DNA of 64,000 nucleotides from Thermodesulfobacteriota bacterium (GTDB taxonomy: Bacteria; Desulfobacterota; Desulfarculia; JACQYL01). Below, one piece after another: positions 40,702-50,359 of the stretch; within the stretch, counting starts at the first letter, position 1, and each line of letters opens with the position of its first letter. The DNA is taken from assembly GCA_963675595.2 (NCBI GenBank), contig CAXXLZ010000001.1, positions 64,001 through 128,000 of the forward strand, given 5' to 3'. The position numbers were made by a program, and so were the translations under genes. The notes beneath the pieces were generated by a model that worked only from the letters and a program-made list of their open reading frames with translations, made no database searches and had not been told where the DNA came from.

Positions 40702-41671
40702 CTTTCTTAACCCTCCCGTATACCGCCGGACGGATTCGGTCCAGAAGCGGAGTAATTGCGTTGGTCAGAAGAACGGCGAAGAAGACGCCGTCAGGGTACC
40801 CGCCCCAATAGCGGATCAAGATGGTCAAAGCGCCCACCATCACTCCCGCGAGCAGCTTACCTTGCCTGGTTACGGGCGTGGTGCCTTTGTCCGTTACCAA
40901 AAAGAACGCCGAGAACACCAATCCGCCCGTCAGCAGATGGAACGATGGTCCGGCAAAGACTTCAGGATTGATGGAGTTGCATAGGAGGGTGAATACGGTG
41001 GCGCTCAGAATGGCGCCCACTGGGGCGTGCCAAGAGATGACTCCCTTGGCGATCAGATAAATGCCGCCGAGCAGCAGAGCCGCGATACAGACTTCGCCCA
41101 CCCCGCCGGCCTGATAGCCGATAAAAAGCTTCCACCAGGGGTAGGAAAGCAACTCGCTCAGGTCTCCCCTCACCACGGTCAACGGAATTTGTTCAATGAT
41201 CGGACTCTGAAGGAAAGAAGCGCCGCCGGCTTGAGGGGCATAGTAGAGCGCCATGTAGTTGGGGTAGGCCACGCTCATGACGATCCAGCCGACCGCGGCC
41301 GGATTGAAGGGATTGTTGCCGAGGCCTCCGTAGATCTGCTTTCCCAAAACGATGGCCACCACGGCGCCGAGGGCGACTCCCCACCAGGGAAGCCCCGGAG
41401 GAAACATCAGCGCCAGCAGAAGCCCGATGAGAGCCGCATGGCCGTCGCAGACGGAGATTCTTCTCTTCATGATGCGCTGCATGGCGGCTTCAGCCGCAAC
41501 GGCAACCAGGACGGCAACGACGAGGTTTTTTACCGCGCCCCAGCCGAAATAGTAAATTCCTACGACGGCGGCCGGGGCCAAAGCCAACATGGTTTGGCTC
41601 ATGAGCCGGGATACCGTCACCCCCCCGTGGACGTGAGGGGACATGGAAACATGTAGTCTTCGAGATGTCAT
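40694..41671 (-). CDS. rnfD: Rnf complex subunit D
   Basis: SPH, KQIYGGLGNNPFNPA, GGVGE, AFFLVTD, YPDGVFFAVLLTN; ATGA overlap with rnfC. Confidence 0.92.
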   Translation of the reverse strand: MTSRRLHVSMSPHVHGGVTVSRLMSQTMLALAPAAVVGIYYFGWGAVKNLVVAVLVAVAAEAAMQRIMKRRISVCDGHAALIGLLLALMFPPGLPWWGVALGAVVAIVLGKQIYGGLGNNPFNPAAVGWIVMSVAYPNYMALYYAPQAGGASFLQSPIIEQIPLTVVRGDLSELLSYPWWKLFIGYQAGGVGEVCIAALLLGGIYLIAKGVISWHAPVGAILSATVFTLLCNSINPEVFAGPSFHLLTGGLVFSAFFLVTDKGTTPVTRQGKLLAGVMVGALTILIRYWGGYPDGVFFAVLLTNAITPLLDRIRPAVYGRVKKVA

Positions 41672-43020
41672 ACGCCCACCTTCCTCGCGGCAATCTCGGA
41701 TTTGCCGTATCTCATGAAATGGACCATGGGCCTGGCCGCGGGACAGACGTACCCGCACAGACCGCATTCAATGCAGTGGAGAAGGAACCCGTTTTCCGCC
41801 TGTTCGAACCTTCCGAATTCACAGAACCGGCTGAGTTCGTTGGGGAGCAGATTGATGGGACATACGTCGACACAGGCACCGCAGTTGAAACAGGCATTGG
41901 GAGAAAATTCGTGGACGCCTTTTTCGTTCTGGAGAGTCAGAGCGTAGGTCTCTTTGGTAATCGGAACATCCAGGGTGTATTGGGCGTATCCGAGGAGAGG
42001 CCCTCCGAAGATGACTTTGCCCAAGGTATCGGGCTTGATGGAAAGAGAGCCCAGGACATCCCGCACCGGGGTCCCGATCCGGACTCGGAGGTTTTTGGGT
42101 CGCGAAAGACTGGATCCGAACACCGTGATCAGTTTATCCACCTGGGGTTTGTGATCCCGCAAAGCCTCCACGGCGTTCATGACCGTGACCACATCCTGAA
42201 CCAGATAGCCCGTATCTCTGGAGGTACCGTCGGGTAGAGGAATCTCCTTGCCCGAAACCTGCTTGACGAGAATGGGTTCGAGGCCGGAAGGGTACTTGTC
42301 CGACGCCCCGAAAAGTTCGAACCCGGCTTTGGCGTAGGGCCCCAAACGATCGATGGACAGTTGGTCCGTTTCGGAAACCGCCAGGACGACTTTTTCAGCC
42401 CCGACCATGGTCCTCAGGACCCGGATTCCTTTGATCAAGTCGTCGGGATGGTGCCTAAGCAGTCCTCGACGAATAAATACGTTGGGTTCGGAGTCCACGG
42501 CATTGATGATCAGCGTGTGAACCTTTTTGAGTACCGGGATTCCTACCAGAAAAAGGTACGTGTCCGGAAGCTCCGGGGGGACCACCTTTACATGAAGCGG
42601 CACCGCGGGGTTTCCGATTTCGACAATGCCCGCATGGCGAAGTCGGTTTAAGGCCTCCTCGGCCTTCAACTGTGCGAAGTGCTCATCGGGTTCCGGAAGC
42701 TCGACCCATTCGTCCCGGTCGTCCGATTCAATGATCACTGCCGGAACCTTGTTGCCCCTGGGATCGGGCTGGAGGGTCACGTCGGACACCGTTCCGGAAA
42801 CGGTCGCATGCAAGTCGGCCAAGTCGAACCGGTCGCTCTTGCCCACCACTTGGCCGGTTTTTACTTGGTCTCCCTTGGAAACCACCGGTTCGCAGATGCC
42901 TCCGGGGTGTTGCTCCATGAGCAAGACCACTTTCTTAGGCAAAGGAGCCGTTTCGATTTTCGGGTCCAGGCCCGGCGCCTCAGGGAGATGCAGTCCTTGG
43001 AAACTCGGTCTCTTCTTCAT
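41668..43020 (-). CDS. rnfC: Rnf complex subunit C (divergent)
   Basis: RnfC N-domain (QHPG...HATVSGTV), KYPSG, GGPLLG, CFNCGACVDVCP and CIECGLCGYVCP. Confidence 0.9.
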   Translation of the reverse strand: MKKRPSFQGLHLPEAPGLDPKIETAPLPKKVVLLMEQHPGGICEPVVSKGDQVKTGQVVGKSDRFDLADLHATVSGTVSDVTLQPDPRGNKVPAVIIESDDRDEWVELPEPDEHFAQLKAEEALNRLRHAGIVEIGNPAVPLHVKVVPPELPDTYLFLVGIPVLKKVHTLIINAVDSEPNVFIRRGLLRHHPDDLIKGIRVLRTMVGAEKVVLAVSETDQLSIDRLGPYAKAGFELFGASDKYPSGLEPILVKQVSGKEIPLPDGTSRDTGYLVQDVVTVMNAVEALRDHKPQVDKLITVFGSSLSRPKNLRVRIGTPVRDVLGSLSIKPDTLGKVIFGGPLLGYAQYTLDVPITKETYALTLQNEKGVHEFSPNACFNCGACVDVCPINLLPNELSRFCEFGRFEQAENGFLLHCIECGLCGYVCPAARPMVHFMRYGKSEIAARKVGV

Positions 43021-43305
43021 GGGAATACGAATCCTTTAGGTTGTTCTCACGGCACAGCCCGTGGGGCGGACGCCCACCCTTCGGATGTGAAGACGGGTCA
43101 ACGTGTGCGAAAAAGCACAAGGATAACGCGACCCTTGACACACTCGGGCTCAAGAGTTAGCCTACTTTTAAAGTATTCGGGATTAAATCGCAACCAAAAA
43201 GTGGAGCGCTTGTAATTTATTTCTCTAAGTCCGGAGCCCCTAACCGTACTAAATGCTTAGTTCTTTCCCCGGTAGGACCGCACTTGCGCAGGGGGGAGTT
43301 CGAGC

Positions 43306-43614
43306 ATGGTCGACGCCATGACGGATAACAGACTCAAACGTTTCTTTGCCGATCTTCAGAACCTCGCTCCCCTTTCCGGGCTCGAAGTGCATGTGCGCCG
43401 TGAGGAGGATTTCCTGCTGATCCTGGACGACAACCGCATATGGTGCCTGATTCGAGAAGAAGGCACCGACTGGGAACTGTGCTTCAATCGTTTCTGCGGC
43501 GAGGCGGACCGGCGAAGTCTGATGAGGGCCCTGCGCAAAGTGGCCCCCGGAGAGCGGATTCTTTTCGGCGAAGATTGCGTGTTTGTGAGTTTGGAGCCCA
43601 TGAACGACGATTGA
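43306..43614 (+). CDS. Hypothetical protein
   Basis: 102-aa ORF with GGAG RBS in an otherwise empty gap; no recognised motif. Confidence 0.55.
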   Translation: MVDAMTDNRLKRFFADLQNLAPLSGLEVHVRREEDFLLILDDNRIWCLIREEGTDWELCFNRFCGEADRRSLMRALRKVAPGERILFGEDCVFVSLEPMNDD

Positions 43615-43812
43615 TTCTTTCACCGCTTTACCGCCTCACCCGTAGTGCCCGTGCCGCCTCTTTCTTCCCCATGTCGCCTGAATCGGTAATAGATTCCCTA
43701 AAAAGCGGGAAAAATGGCCCAATTTCCCGAATTGTGTTCCGGGGGTGGAAAGTACCTACATTCTAATCCCTGATAACTCTATGGGAATTCCTTCCGGATT
43801 TTCTATCAGGGT

Positions 43813-43829
43813 TGGGCACGGTTGTTGCT
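43813..43829 (+). promoter_or_regulatory. sigma54 (-24/-12) promoter
   Basis: TGGGCACGGTTGTTGCT gives GG-N10-GC and matches GGCACG-N4-TTGC; lies upstream of the VPLPA-CTERM gene. Confidence 0.75.
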
Positions 43830-43966
43830 TGTAATTGTATAACAAAAGTGAGTAACCTGAACTAAACGACGAACCAACAGAATTTCAGATAGAAGATAAA
43901 GTTTATATGCACCGTGTGTGAATATGTTGAGGGCGAATTGATCGCCGGTAATATGGAGGTGTGGAT

Positions 43967-44743
43967 ATGGAAAAGAAGATGAGAGCTGGTGGAATGAGGG
44001 GATTGCGGTTCGTGCAGGCGCTTGTGCTGGTTGCCGTGCTGTGTGCATGGTCCGGGTCCGGCTGGGCGCTCTCGATTGGTACGTTCACGCCCAGCGGCGC
44101 GCCGGTGGGAAACCCGGCGATCTACAATACGTTGTACACCGTGGAAATCCTTGGGGACGATGTGGGGAAGTCCTTCTCCGTGGACTGGCTGCTGCCCACG
44201 TCCTACACGGGCTTGAGCGATGAATTGAGCGCCAACGCCCTGATCAACATCGACAACTTCACCGCATCCGAGCTGACGCTGACGGTGAAGTTGACCAACA
44301 GCACCTCGTCGGCGGTTCAGGCAGGGTGGACGGCCTTTGGATTCAGCGTAACGCCCGACGGAACGGCGGCCTACTCCGACGACGGCAGTAAATTCGACGG
44401 AGTGGGGTCCGGGAGCGGCCCGAATCAGACCTTTCCCGGGGGATACAAATTGATCGACGTGTGCGCCTATGCCGCCGGTAATTGCAGCGGGGGCAACGTC
44501 AGCGACGGTCTGCAGAGCGGTGGAAATACGGACACCTTTACGCTGACCATCAGCGGCAGCTTTTCCGGTGAAGACGGCTTGAAGGTGGTGTTGGATTCTT
44601 TTCCGGCGAAGTTCCAGACAGCGGCGGGTTCTTTCGAGATCGCGGGTACCACCACGACCGTGCCCGTGCCTGCAGCCGCCTGGCTTCTGGGGTCGGGCCT
44701 GATCGGTCTGGTTGGTTTGAGACGTAGACGTCCACAGCGTTGA
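43967..44743 (+). CDS. Exported protein with VPLPA-CTERM/PEP-CTERM sorting signal
   Basis: Signal peptide, Ser/Thr/Gly-rich body, C-terminal VPVPAAAWLLGSGLIGLVGLRRRR. Confidence 0.92.
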   Translation: MEKKMRAGGMRGLRFVQALVLVAVLCAWSGSGWALSIGTFTPSGAPVGNPAIYNTLYTVEILGDDVGKSFSVDWLLPTSYTGLSDELSANALINIDNFTASELTLTVKLTNSTSSAVQAGWTAFGFSVTPDGTAAYSDDGSKFDGVGSGSGPNQTFPGGYKLIDVCAYAAGNCSGGNVSDGLQSGGNTDTFTLTISGSFSGEDGLKVVLDSFPAKFQTAAGSFEIAGTTTTVPVPAAAWLLGSGLIGLVGLRRRRPQR

Positions 44744-44774
44744 CAAGTCAATCTTTCCAACTAAATCGGAACGG

Positions 44775-44809
44775 AAAGCGGGGTTGATGTCGAACCCCGC
44801 TTTTCTTTT
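44775..44809 (+). terminator. Intrinsic terminator
   Basis: AAAGCGGGGTT-loop-AACCCCGCTTT followed by TCTTTT. Confidence 0.8.
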
Positions 44810-44885
44810 GGTCGAGCCCCGCGTGTGGTCCGAGGAAGAGCTCTTCCCGATGTTCGGCTCAGCCCATCGAGAGACGGCCCCGCCG

Positions 44886-45503
44886 CTACTTTCCTTCCTC
44901 GGCGGCCCTCTTCTCCAGGAGCAAGGCCCGCCATCCCCGCCGACAGCGTTCGGCAAGTAATCCGAGCCCGCGTTTTCGCGTCAGGCGATACAGGGCCCGA
45001 TCCTTCTCCAGACCGGCCAAGCCTGAAAGAATCATCAGGCCGGGGCGGGCCAAGTGTTCTTCCAGCCATTCTCCCGTGTCCGCGGCGCAGTCGGGGCACA
45101 GGTTGGCCAAGATGAGGTCGTAAAACCCCCCCACCCACGCCATGTCCGACGCAATCACGGTTACCCGGTCCCGGACATGGTTCATATCGGCATGTTTCCC
45201 CGCGGCTCGGGCGGATTGCGGGTCGATTTCCACCGCCACCACGTCCTCGGCTCCAAGGCGAGCCGCGGCCAGCGCGAGAATTCCACTGCCGCAGCCTGCG
45301 TCGAGTACATGTCTGCACGGAAATTTAGGGATAACGGTTTCGAGCAGTTCCAGACACATGCGTGTGGTGGGATGTTTGCCGGTGCCGAAGGCGGGGCCCG
45401 GTTGAAGCACGACGGTCTTGGAATCCGGGGGCGGGGTGGAAACCCGTTGCCCCAGCCTAATCTCCAGTCGGCTGCTTTTCCAGATCAATTCCGTGTTCGC
45501 CAT
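44886..45503 (-). CDS. PrmA-like SAM methyltransferase (short paralog)
   Basis: LQPGPAFGTGKHPTT, VLDAGCGSGIL, DLILANL, ILSGL. Confidence 0.85.
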   Translation of the reverse strand: MANTELIWKSSRLEIRLGQRVSTPPPDSKTVVLQPGPAFGTGKHPTTRMCLELLETVIPKFPCRHVLDAGCGSGILALAAARLGAEDVVAVEIDPQSARAAGKHADMNHVRDRVTVIASDMAWVGGFYDLILANLCPDCAADTGEWLEEHLARPGLMILSGLAGLEKDRALYRLTRKRGLGLLAERCRRGWRALLLEKRAAEEGK

Positions 45504-45752
45504 GGATTTCCTCCGGTAGTACGATTTTTTCCATGGAGTAGATCCGTTTGTTACAATTAGGGTACCATCTTGTTACCCGGATGGGAACCCCTTGCCGGGC
45601 GACGAAAAAAGTGATCGATTCACGGATTATTTTTTCGAACACCGAAAAAATTCAGGGTTCTTTTTTGGGGTGCACGGAAGAAAACGGGAGGCTCTTTCGA
45701 GCGTAGGCAAGCCCGTTGACATCCCGCCTCAAAACCTCTATAGAAGCGGGCC

Positions 45753-46388
45753 ATGGCAAAAAAAGGAACCAAGACTCAGGTACTGGAAATCAATCCGCAA
45801 AACCCCCAGCCTCGGTTGATTCGGAAGGTCGTGGACCTTCTGAAAGAGGGGGGGGTGATCATTTATCCGACGGATACGGTTTACGGCATCGGTTGCGATC
45901 TGATGAACAAGCGCGCCACGGAACGAATCTATCAAATCAAGCAGCGCAGGCCCGACAAACCGTTCAGTTTTATCTGCGCCGACCTGTCGGACATCAGTCA
46001 ATACGCCAAGGTTTCCAATTACGCTTATAAGACCATGAAGCGCCTGCTTCCGGGACCTTACACGTTTGTGCTCGACGGAGCCAGTCTGACCCCCAAGATG
46101 GCCATGACCCGGCAGAAGACCGTGGGCATTCGCGTGCCCGACAACGAGATTTGTCTGGCCGTGGTGCAAGGCCTGGGAAATCCCGTGATCTCCACCAGCG
46201 CCACGACCGAGGAGGACGGGCGGGTTCCCCCGGATCCCTATTTGCTGGAAGAACAGTTCCGAGGTCGAGTGGATCTGGTGGTGGACGGTGGTTACCTGCT
46301 GTCCGAGCCGTCGAGCGTTATTTCTCTGGTGGGTGCGGAGCCGGAGGTGCTCAGGGCGGGCCAGGGCGACATATCGGAGTTCCAATAG
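45753..46388 (+). CDS. Sua5/YciO/YrdC family protein
   Basis: YPTDTVYGIGC, KQRRPDKP, LPGPYTF, VGIRVP, STSA; YciO-like N-terminus NPQNPQPR. Confidence 0.92.
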   Translation: MAKKGTKTQVLEINPQNPQPRLIRKVVDLLKEGGVIIYPTDTVYGIGCDLMNKRATERIYQIKQRRPDKPFSFICADLSDISQYAKVSNYAYKTMKRLLPGPYTFVLDGASLTPKMAMTRQKTVGIRVPDNEICLAVVQGLGNPVISTSATTEEDGRVPPDPYLLEEQFRGRVDLVVDGGYLLSEPSSVISLVGAEPEVLRAGQGDISEFQ

Positions 46389-46390
46389 CG

Positions 46391-46536
46391 GGCCGGTGGA
46401 AAACGCGATTTGCGGCATTGCGCCACCTCCTTCGTCACTGCGACGTACTCCATGTCCGCCGCATTCCTCGGTATGTTCGCGCCTCGCATGTCAACCTTTT
46501 TCACCAACCTTCGGTAACCGGCCTTTTCCATCGGGC
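46391..46536 (+). mobile_element. ~145-bp MITE-like repeat, copy 2 (diverged)
   Basis: GGCCGGTGGAAAACGCGA...TCGTCACTGCGACGTAC...TTTTTCACCAACCT...TTTTCCATCGGGC aligns with 51368-51518. Confidence 0.75.
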
Positions 46537-46647
46537 GGAATGGAACATGGCGTGTGTCCCAAACTCCTTACCGAGCCGCAACAGCCTTAGGCGACCCGAC
46601 CGTTATCACGGTCCGGTGCGGCATAGGGGCCTATCCGGCGGATTGCG

Positions 46648-48066
46648 ATGAATTCCAAGCAAGACCTACTTAGAAATTTGCCCTCCGTGGACGAACTGCT
46701 GCGGGACGCTGAATTGCTCGCCCTTCAGGAGCAGGTCGCCAGAGGCCTGGTGAAGACCGTTGTGAGGGAAGTACTGGACGGATTTCGAAGGGACCTGCTG
46801 GCTGCTCCGGCGGGAAAAGAGGTGTTACCTGATCCGGCGGAGATCGTCCGCTCCGTGGCGGAACAGGTTCGGCGCAAATCCCGTCCTCACTTTCAGCGGG
46901 TGATCAACGCCACCGGGGTCGTGGTCCACACGAACCTCGGGCGATCCCTTCTCGCGGCCGAAGCCGTGCAACAGGTCGCCGAACTCGCCGCCCACTATTC
47001 GAACCTCGAATTCGATCTGGATGAAGGCCGAAGAGGTTCACGATACTCTCACGTGGAGGAGTTGCTCACGGAACTCACCGGAGCCGAATCCGCCCTGGTG
47101 GTGAACAACAACGCGGCGGCAGTGTTTCTGGTGTTGGAAACCCTTTCCAAGGGTCGGGAAGCCGTGGTGTCTCGAGGGGAACTGGTGGAGATCGGCGGTT
47201 CTTTCAGGATTCCCGACGTCATGGCCAGGAGCGGTGCGATCATGGTCGAGGTGGGCACCACCAACAAGACCCATCTCAAGGACTATGTCGCCGTCATCAA
47301 TGAGCGGACGGCACTGCTGTTGAAGGTGCACACGAGCAATTATCGGATCATCGGATTCACCCAGGACGTTTCCCTGGAAGAGCTTTCCCGTTTGGGAGCG
47401 GAGCATGGGCTGCCGGTGGTCAACGACCTGGGAAGCGGATGTTTCATCGATTTCTCCAAGTATGGGATCATCAAGGAACCCACGGTACAGGAAACCATCC
47501 GCAGCGGCGCTTCCATCGCCACCTTCAGCGGAGATAAATTGCTCGGGGGGCCCCAGGCGGGCATTGTGTTGGGGAAACGTGAATACGTCGAGCAGGTGAA
47601 AAGAAACCCGCTCAATCGCGCTTTTCGCATCGACAAGATGACCCTGGCCGCACTGGAAGCCACCTTGCTGCTCTACCGCGACCCGGACAAGGCGCTGAAG
47701 AAGATTCCGACCCTCGCCATGATCACGGTGTCGCGGAACGTACTGAGTCGTCGGGCCGCCAAGCTGAAGAACGGTTTGGTGAGAACCCTGCCCGCCGGAT
47801 CGGCGGAGGTGGAAGTCCGGAACGGTTTTTCCAAAGTGGGGGGCGGAGCCCTTCCCGAGATGGATCTGCCCACCAGAATGGTGGCTCTGACGCTGCGGGC
47901 CGGCACATCGGCGGCTTCGGTCGAATCCCGTTTGCGAAATCTTCCCCTTCCCGTAGTCTGCCGAGTGGAACGCGACCAGGTGTTGCTGGATGTTCGGACC
48001 ATTCTGGATTCGGAAGTGGAACCGGTATGCGAAGCCTTTCGATCCGTCCTGAATGCCCGGCAATGA
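46648..48066 (+). CDS. selA: L-seryl-tRNA(Sec) selenium transferase
   Basis: VINATGVVVHTNLGR, VNNNAAA, ELVEIGGSFRIPD, EVGTTNKT, FSGDKLLGGPQAG, VGGGALP. Confidence 0.97.
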   Translation: MNSKQDLLRNLPSVDELLRDAELLALQEQVARGLVKTVVREVLDGFRRDLLAAPAGKEVLPDPAEIVRSVAEQVRRKSRPHFQRVINATGVVVHTNLGRSLLAAEAVQQVAELAAHYSNLEFDLDEGRRGSRYSHVEELLTELTGAESALVVNNNAAAVFLVLETLSKGREAVVSRGELVEIGGSFRIPDVMARSGAIMVEVGTTNKTHLKDYVAVINERTALLLKVHTSNYRIIGFTQDVSLEELSRLGAEHGLPVVNDLGSGCFIDFSKYGIIKEPTVQETIRSGASIATFSGDKLLGGPQAGIVLGKREYVEQVKRNPLNRAFRIDKMTLAALEATLLLYRDPDKALKKIPTLAMITVSRNVLSRRAAKLKNGLVRTLPAGSAEVEVRNGFSKVGGGALPEMDLPTRMVALTLRAGTSAASVESRLRNLPLPVVCRVERDQVLLDVRTILDSEVEPVCEAFRSVLNARQ

Positions 48067-48183
48067 ATCGACCCAACCTTCCCGTTCCATTTCAGGGAAA
48101 ATCGCTTTCCAGCCGGCTCGTTGAAAAATCCGGATGATTGCAGCCCGTTCCGAGGGAAGCGAAAGAACCTCGCAGGAGCACTT

Positions 48184-48795
48184 TTGTCGAATCAGCAACA
48201 TGACTCCATGGAAGCGCGGGCGCGTTCCGCGTTCGAGGAATCCATCCGCCTGAAAGAGGATTTCATCCGTCGGGAGGCAGGCACGTTGGTGAGGGCTTCC
48301 CTGCGGATCGTCGAGACCTTCCGCCAGGGCGGACGACTGTACCTGTTCGGCAACGGAGGCAGCGCCGCGGATGCCCAGCATATCGCCGCCGAATTCATCA
48401 ACCGCTTTCTGGTGGACCGTGCTGGTCTGCCGGCGTTGGCCTTGACCACCGACAGTTCGGCGTTGACCAGCATTGGGAACGATTCCGACTTCACTCGGGT
48501 GTTCAGCCGCCAATTGGAGGCCCTGGCACGAACCGGCGACTTGGTGTGGGCTTTTTCCACCAGCGGTAATTCCCCCAATGTGCTCAGAGGGCTGGAGTCG
48601 GCTCGATCCATGGGAATCGGGTCCATCGCTTTCCTGGGCGGGGACGGGGGCGGAGCCGCCGCCTTGGCGGAGATTCCCGTGATTGTCGGCAGTCGTGATA
48701 CGCCCAGGATTCAGGAGGTCCACTCCGTGGCGGGGCACGTGATCTGTGAATTGGTGGAAACCCATTTGTTCGGGAGCCGCGCCGATGAAGATTGA
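48184..48795 (+). CDS. gmhA: Phosphoheptose isomerase
   Basis: GNGGSAADAQHIAAE, LTSIGND, STSGNS, TPRIQEVH. TTG start with AGGAG RBS; alternative ATG at 48208. Confidence 0.93.
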   Translation: MSNQQHDSMEARARSAFEESIRLKEDFIRREAGTLVRASLRIVETFRQGGRLYLFGNGGSAADAQHIAAEFINRFLVDRAGLPALALTTDSSALTSIGNDSDFTRVFSRQLEALARTGDLVWAFSTSGNSPNVLRGLESARSMGIGSIAFLGGDGGGAAALAEIPVIVGSRDTPRIQEVHSVAGHVICELVETHLFGSRADED

Positions 48796-49729
48796 ACCCA
48801 TCGACTTGAGCGGAGTGAATCCGGTACGTCTCGAGGACCGCAAGAGCAAGGTGCGGTTGGCGGATTTCGGAAAGCCCTGGCAAAAGGGCGGCTCCATGGG
48901 CGCGTTTCTATCCGGCCTTCCCAAAATCTTGGCGGCCCAAGACGTGTTGGAGGCGGCCAAGCGCATCGCCGACGCCCGCAGGCAAGGCCGTGAAGTGTTG
49001 TTGGGCATGGGCGCGCATCCCATCAAAGTGGGCCTCAATCCGGTGATCATCGATCTGATGGAGCGGGGAATTCTGGCGGGCGTGGCCATGAACGGGGCCG
49101 GCGTGATCCATGATTCGGAACTGGCCATGGCCGGCAAGACCTCGGAGGACGTGGAAGCCGAACTCGCCGACGGCAAATTCGGCATGGCCGATGAAACCGC
49201 TCGGATGATCAACGGCGCGGTGGCCACCGGGAACCGGGCCGGGCTGGGCCTGGGGGCGTCCGTGGGCCGCGCTTTGGCGGAAGGTGGTTTCCCTCATTCC
49301 TCCATGAGCATTCTGGCCGCCGGCAGCCGGCTGGACATTCCCGTGACGATTCACGTGGCCATCGGCACCGATATCGTGCACATGCATCCGTCCTTTGTAC
49401 CGGGTGCAACCGGGGAAGCGAGTCATCTGGATTTTCGAACCTTTGCCGCGCTGGTTTCCAGACTCGAAGGCGGGGTCTACATCAATCTCGGTTCCGCGGT
49501 CATTTTGCCGGAAGTGTTTCTCAAGGCCCTCACCCTGGTGCGGAATCTGGGCCATACCGTGGAACGCTTCACCACGGTGAACATGGATTTCATTCGGCAC
49601 TACCGACCCACGGTGAACGTGGTGCAGCGGCCCACCAGCCGGGGCGGCAAAGGGTTTCACCTCACAGGTCACCACGAAATCATGTTTCCGCTCCTGGCCG
49701 CGGCCGTCCTCGAAGAACAGGGCGTTTAG
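48785..49729 (+). CDS. Conserved uncharacterised protein (possibly deoxyhypusine-synthase-like fold)
   Basis: MGAHPIKVG, AMNGAGVIHDSE, HVAIGTDIVHMH, NLGSAVILPEVFLKAL and GHHEIM; overlaps the gmhA stop. Confidence 0.75.
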   Translation: MKIEPIDLSGVNPVRLEDRKSKVRLADFGKPWQKGGSMGAFLSGLPKILAAQDVLEAAKRIADARRQGREVLLGMGAHPIKVGLNPVIIDLMERGILAGVAMNGAGVIHDSELAMAGKTSEDVEAELADGKFGMADETARMINGAVATGNRAGLGLGASVGRALAEGGFPHSSMSILAAGSRLDIPVTIHVAIGTDIVHMHPSFVPGATGEASHLDFRTFAALVSRLEGGVYINLGSAVILPEVFLKALTLVRNLGHTVERFTTVNMDFIRHYRPTVNVVQRPTSRGGKGFHLTGHHEIMFPLLAAAVLEEQGV

Positions 49730-49833
49730 GCGGCGGATTCGAGGAGGCTTTCTCTTACGCCCCGAGTTGAAACACCTCGCCCGGATGGCTATATGATAGG
49801 GAGACGGCGCGAGCGCGCCACAAGGAGGAAATC

Positions 49834-50058
49834 ATGCCGATTTATGAATATAAGTGCAAAGCATGCGACTGTGAATTCGAAACCCTGGTGATTCGAAGCT
49901 CCGACCCCATCCGGTGCCCCAAGTGCGATCAGGAGAACGTGGAACGGATGATGTCCGCATGCAGCCACAAGAGTGAAGGCAAGTATGTGAGCTCCGGGGG
50001 GGGATCGGGGTCGGGATGCAGCGGATGCAGCGCCACTTCCTGCGCCACATGCCACTGA
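49834..50058 (+). CDS. FmdB-family zinc-ribbon protein
   Basis: MPIYEYKCKAC...CPKC with tail CSGCSATSCATCH; AGGAGG RBS. Confidence 0.9.
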   Translation: MPIYEYKCKACDCEFETLVIRSSDPIRCPKCDQENVERMMSACSHKSEGKYVSSGGGSGSGCSGCSATSCATCH

Positions 50059-50359
50059 GGCGGAACCGAGGACACGCGCATTCGTGAGGGGGGACGTTGA
50101 GGACCGGAAGCCCTTCCGGGCCTGATGGAAACCTGAAACGCCTGCGGTGAAACCTTCCACGCATCCATCTCCCTTGAGTGCGTGAGAGGATGCGGCGTAT
50201 ACGTCACCGGCGGTTCCCGAGTGCCCACGATTCCAACGGCAAGACCCAAGGGTCTTGCTTTTGTTTTGGAATTCGGAGCATCATGCGCCGGGCGCACGCC
50301 GCCTCTCTTGGAATGGTTTGCGCCCAAAACCCGTTGGAAGCATTTCGAAGCGAGCCGTG

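Noticed and set aside
49834-50124. Selenocysteine read-through of the FmdB-like TGA stop
   Set aside because: The protein ends in a typical CxxC-H tail and the TGA is not in a Cys-motif position. The read-through peptide is short and featureless.
46540-50350. tRNA-Sec (selC) or other structured RNA near selA
   Set aside because: No cloverleaf with a TCA anticodon or T-loop was found by eye. The hairpins at 50100-50200 match no RNA family I recognise.
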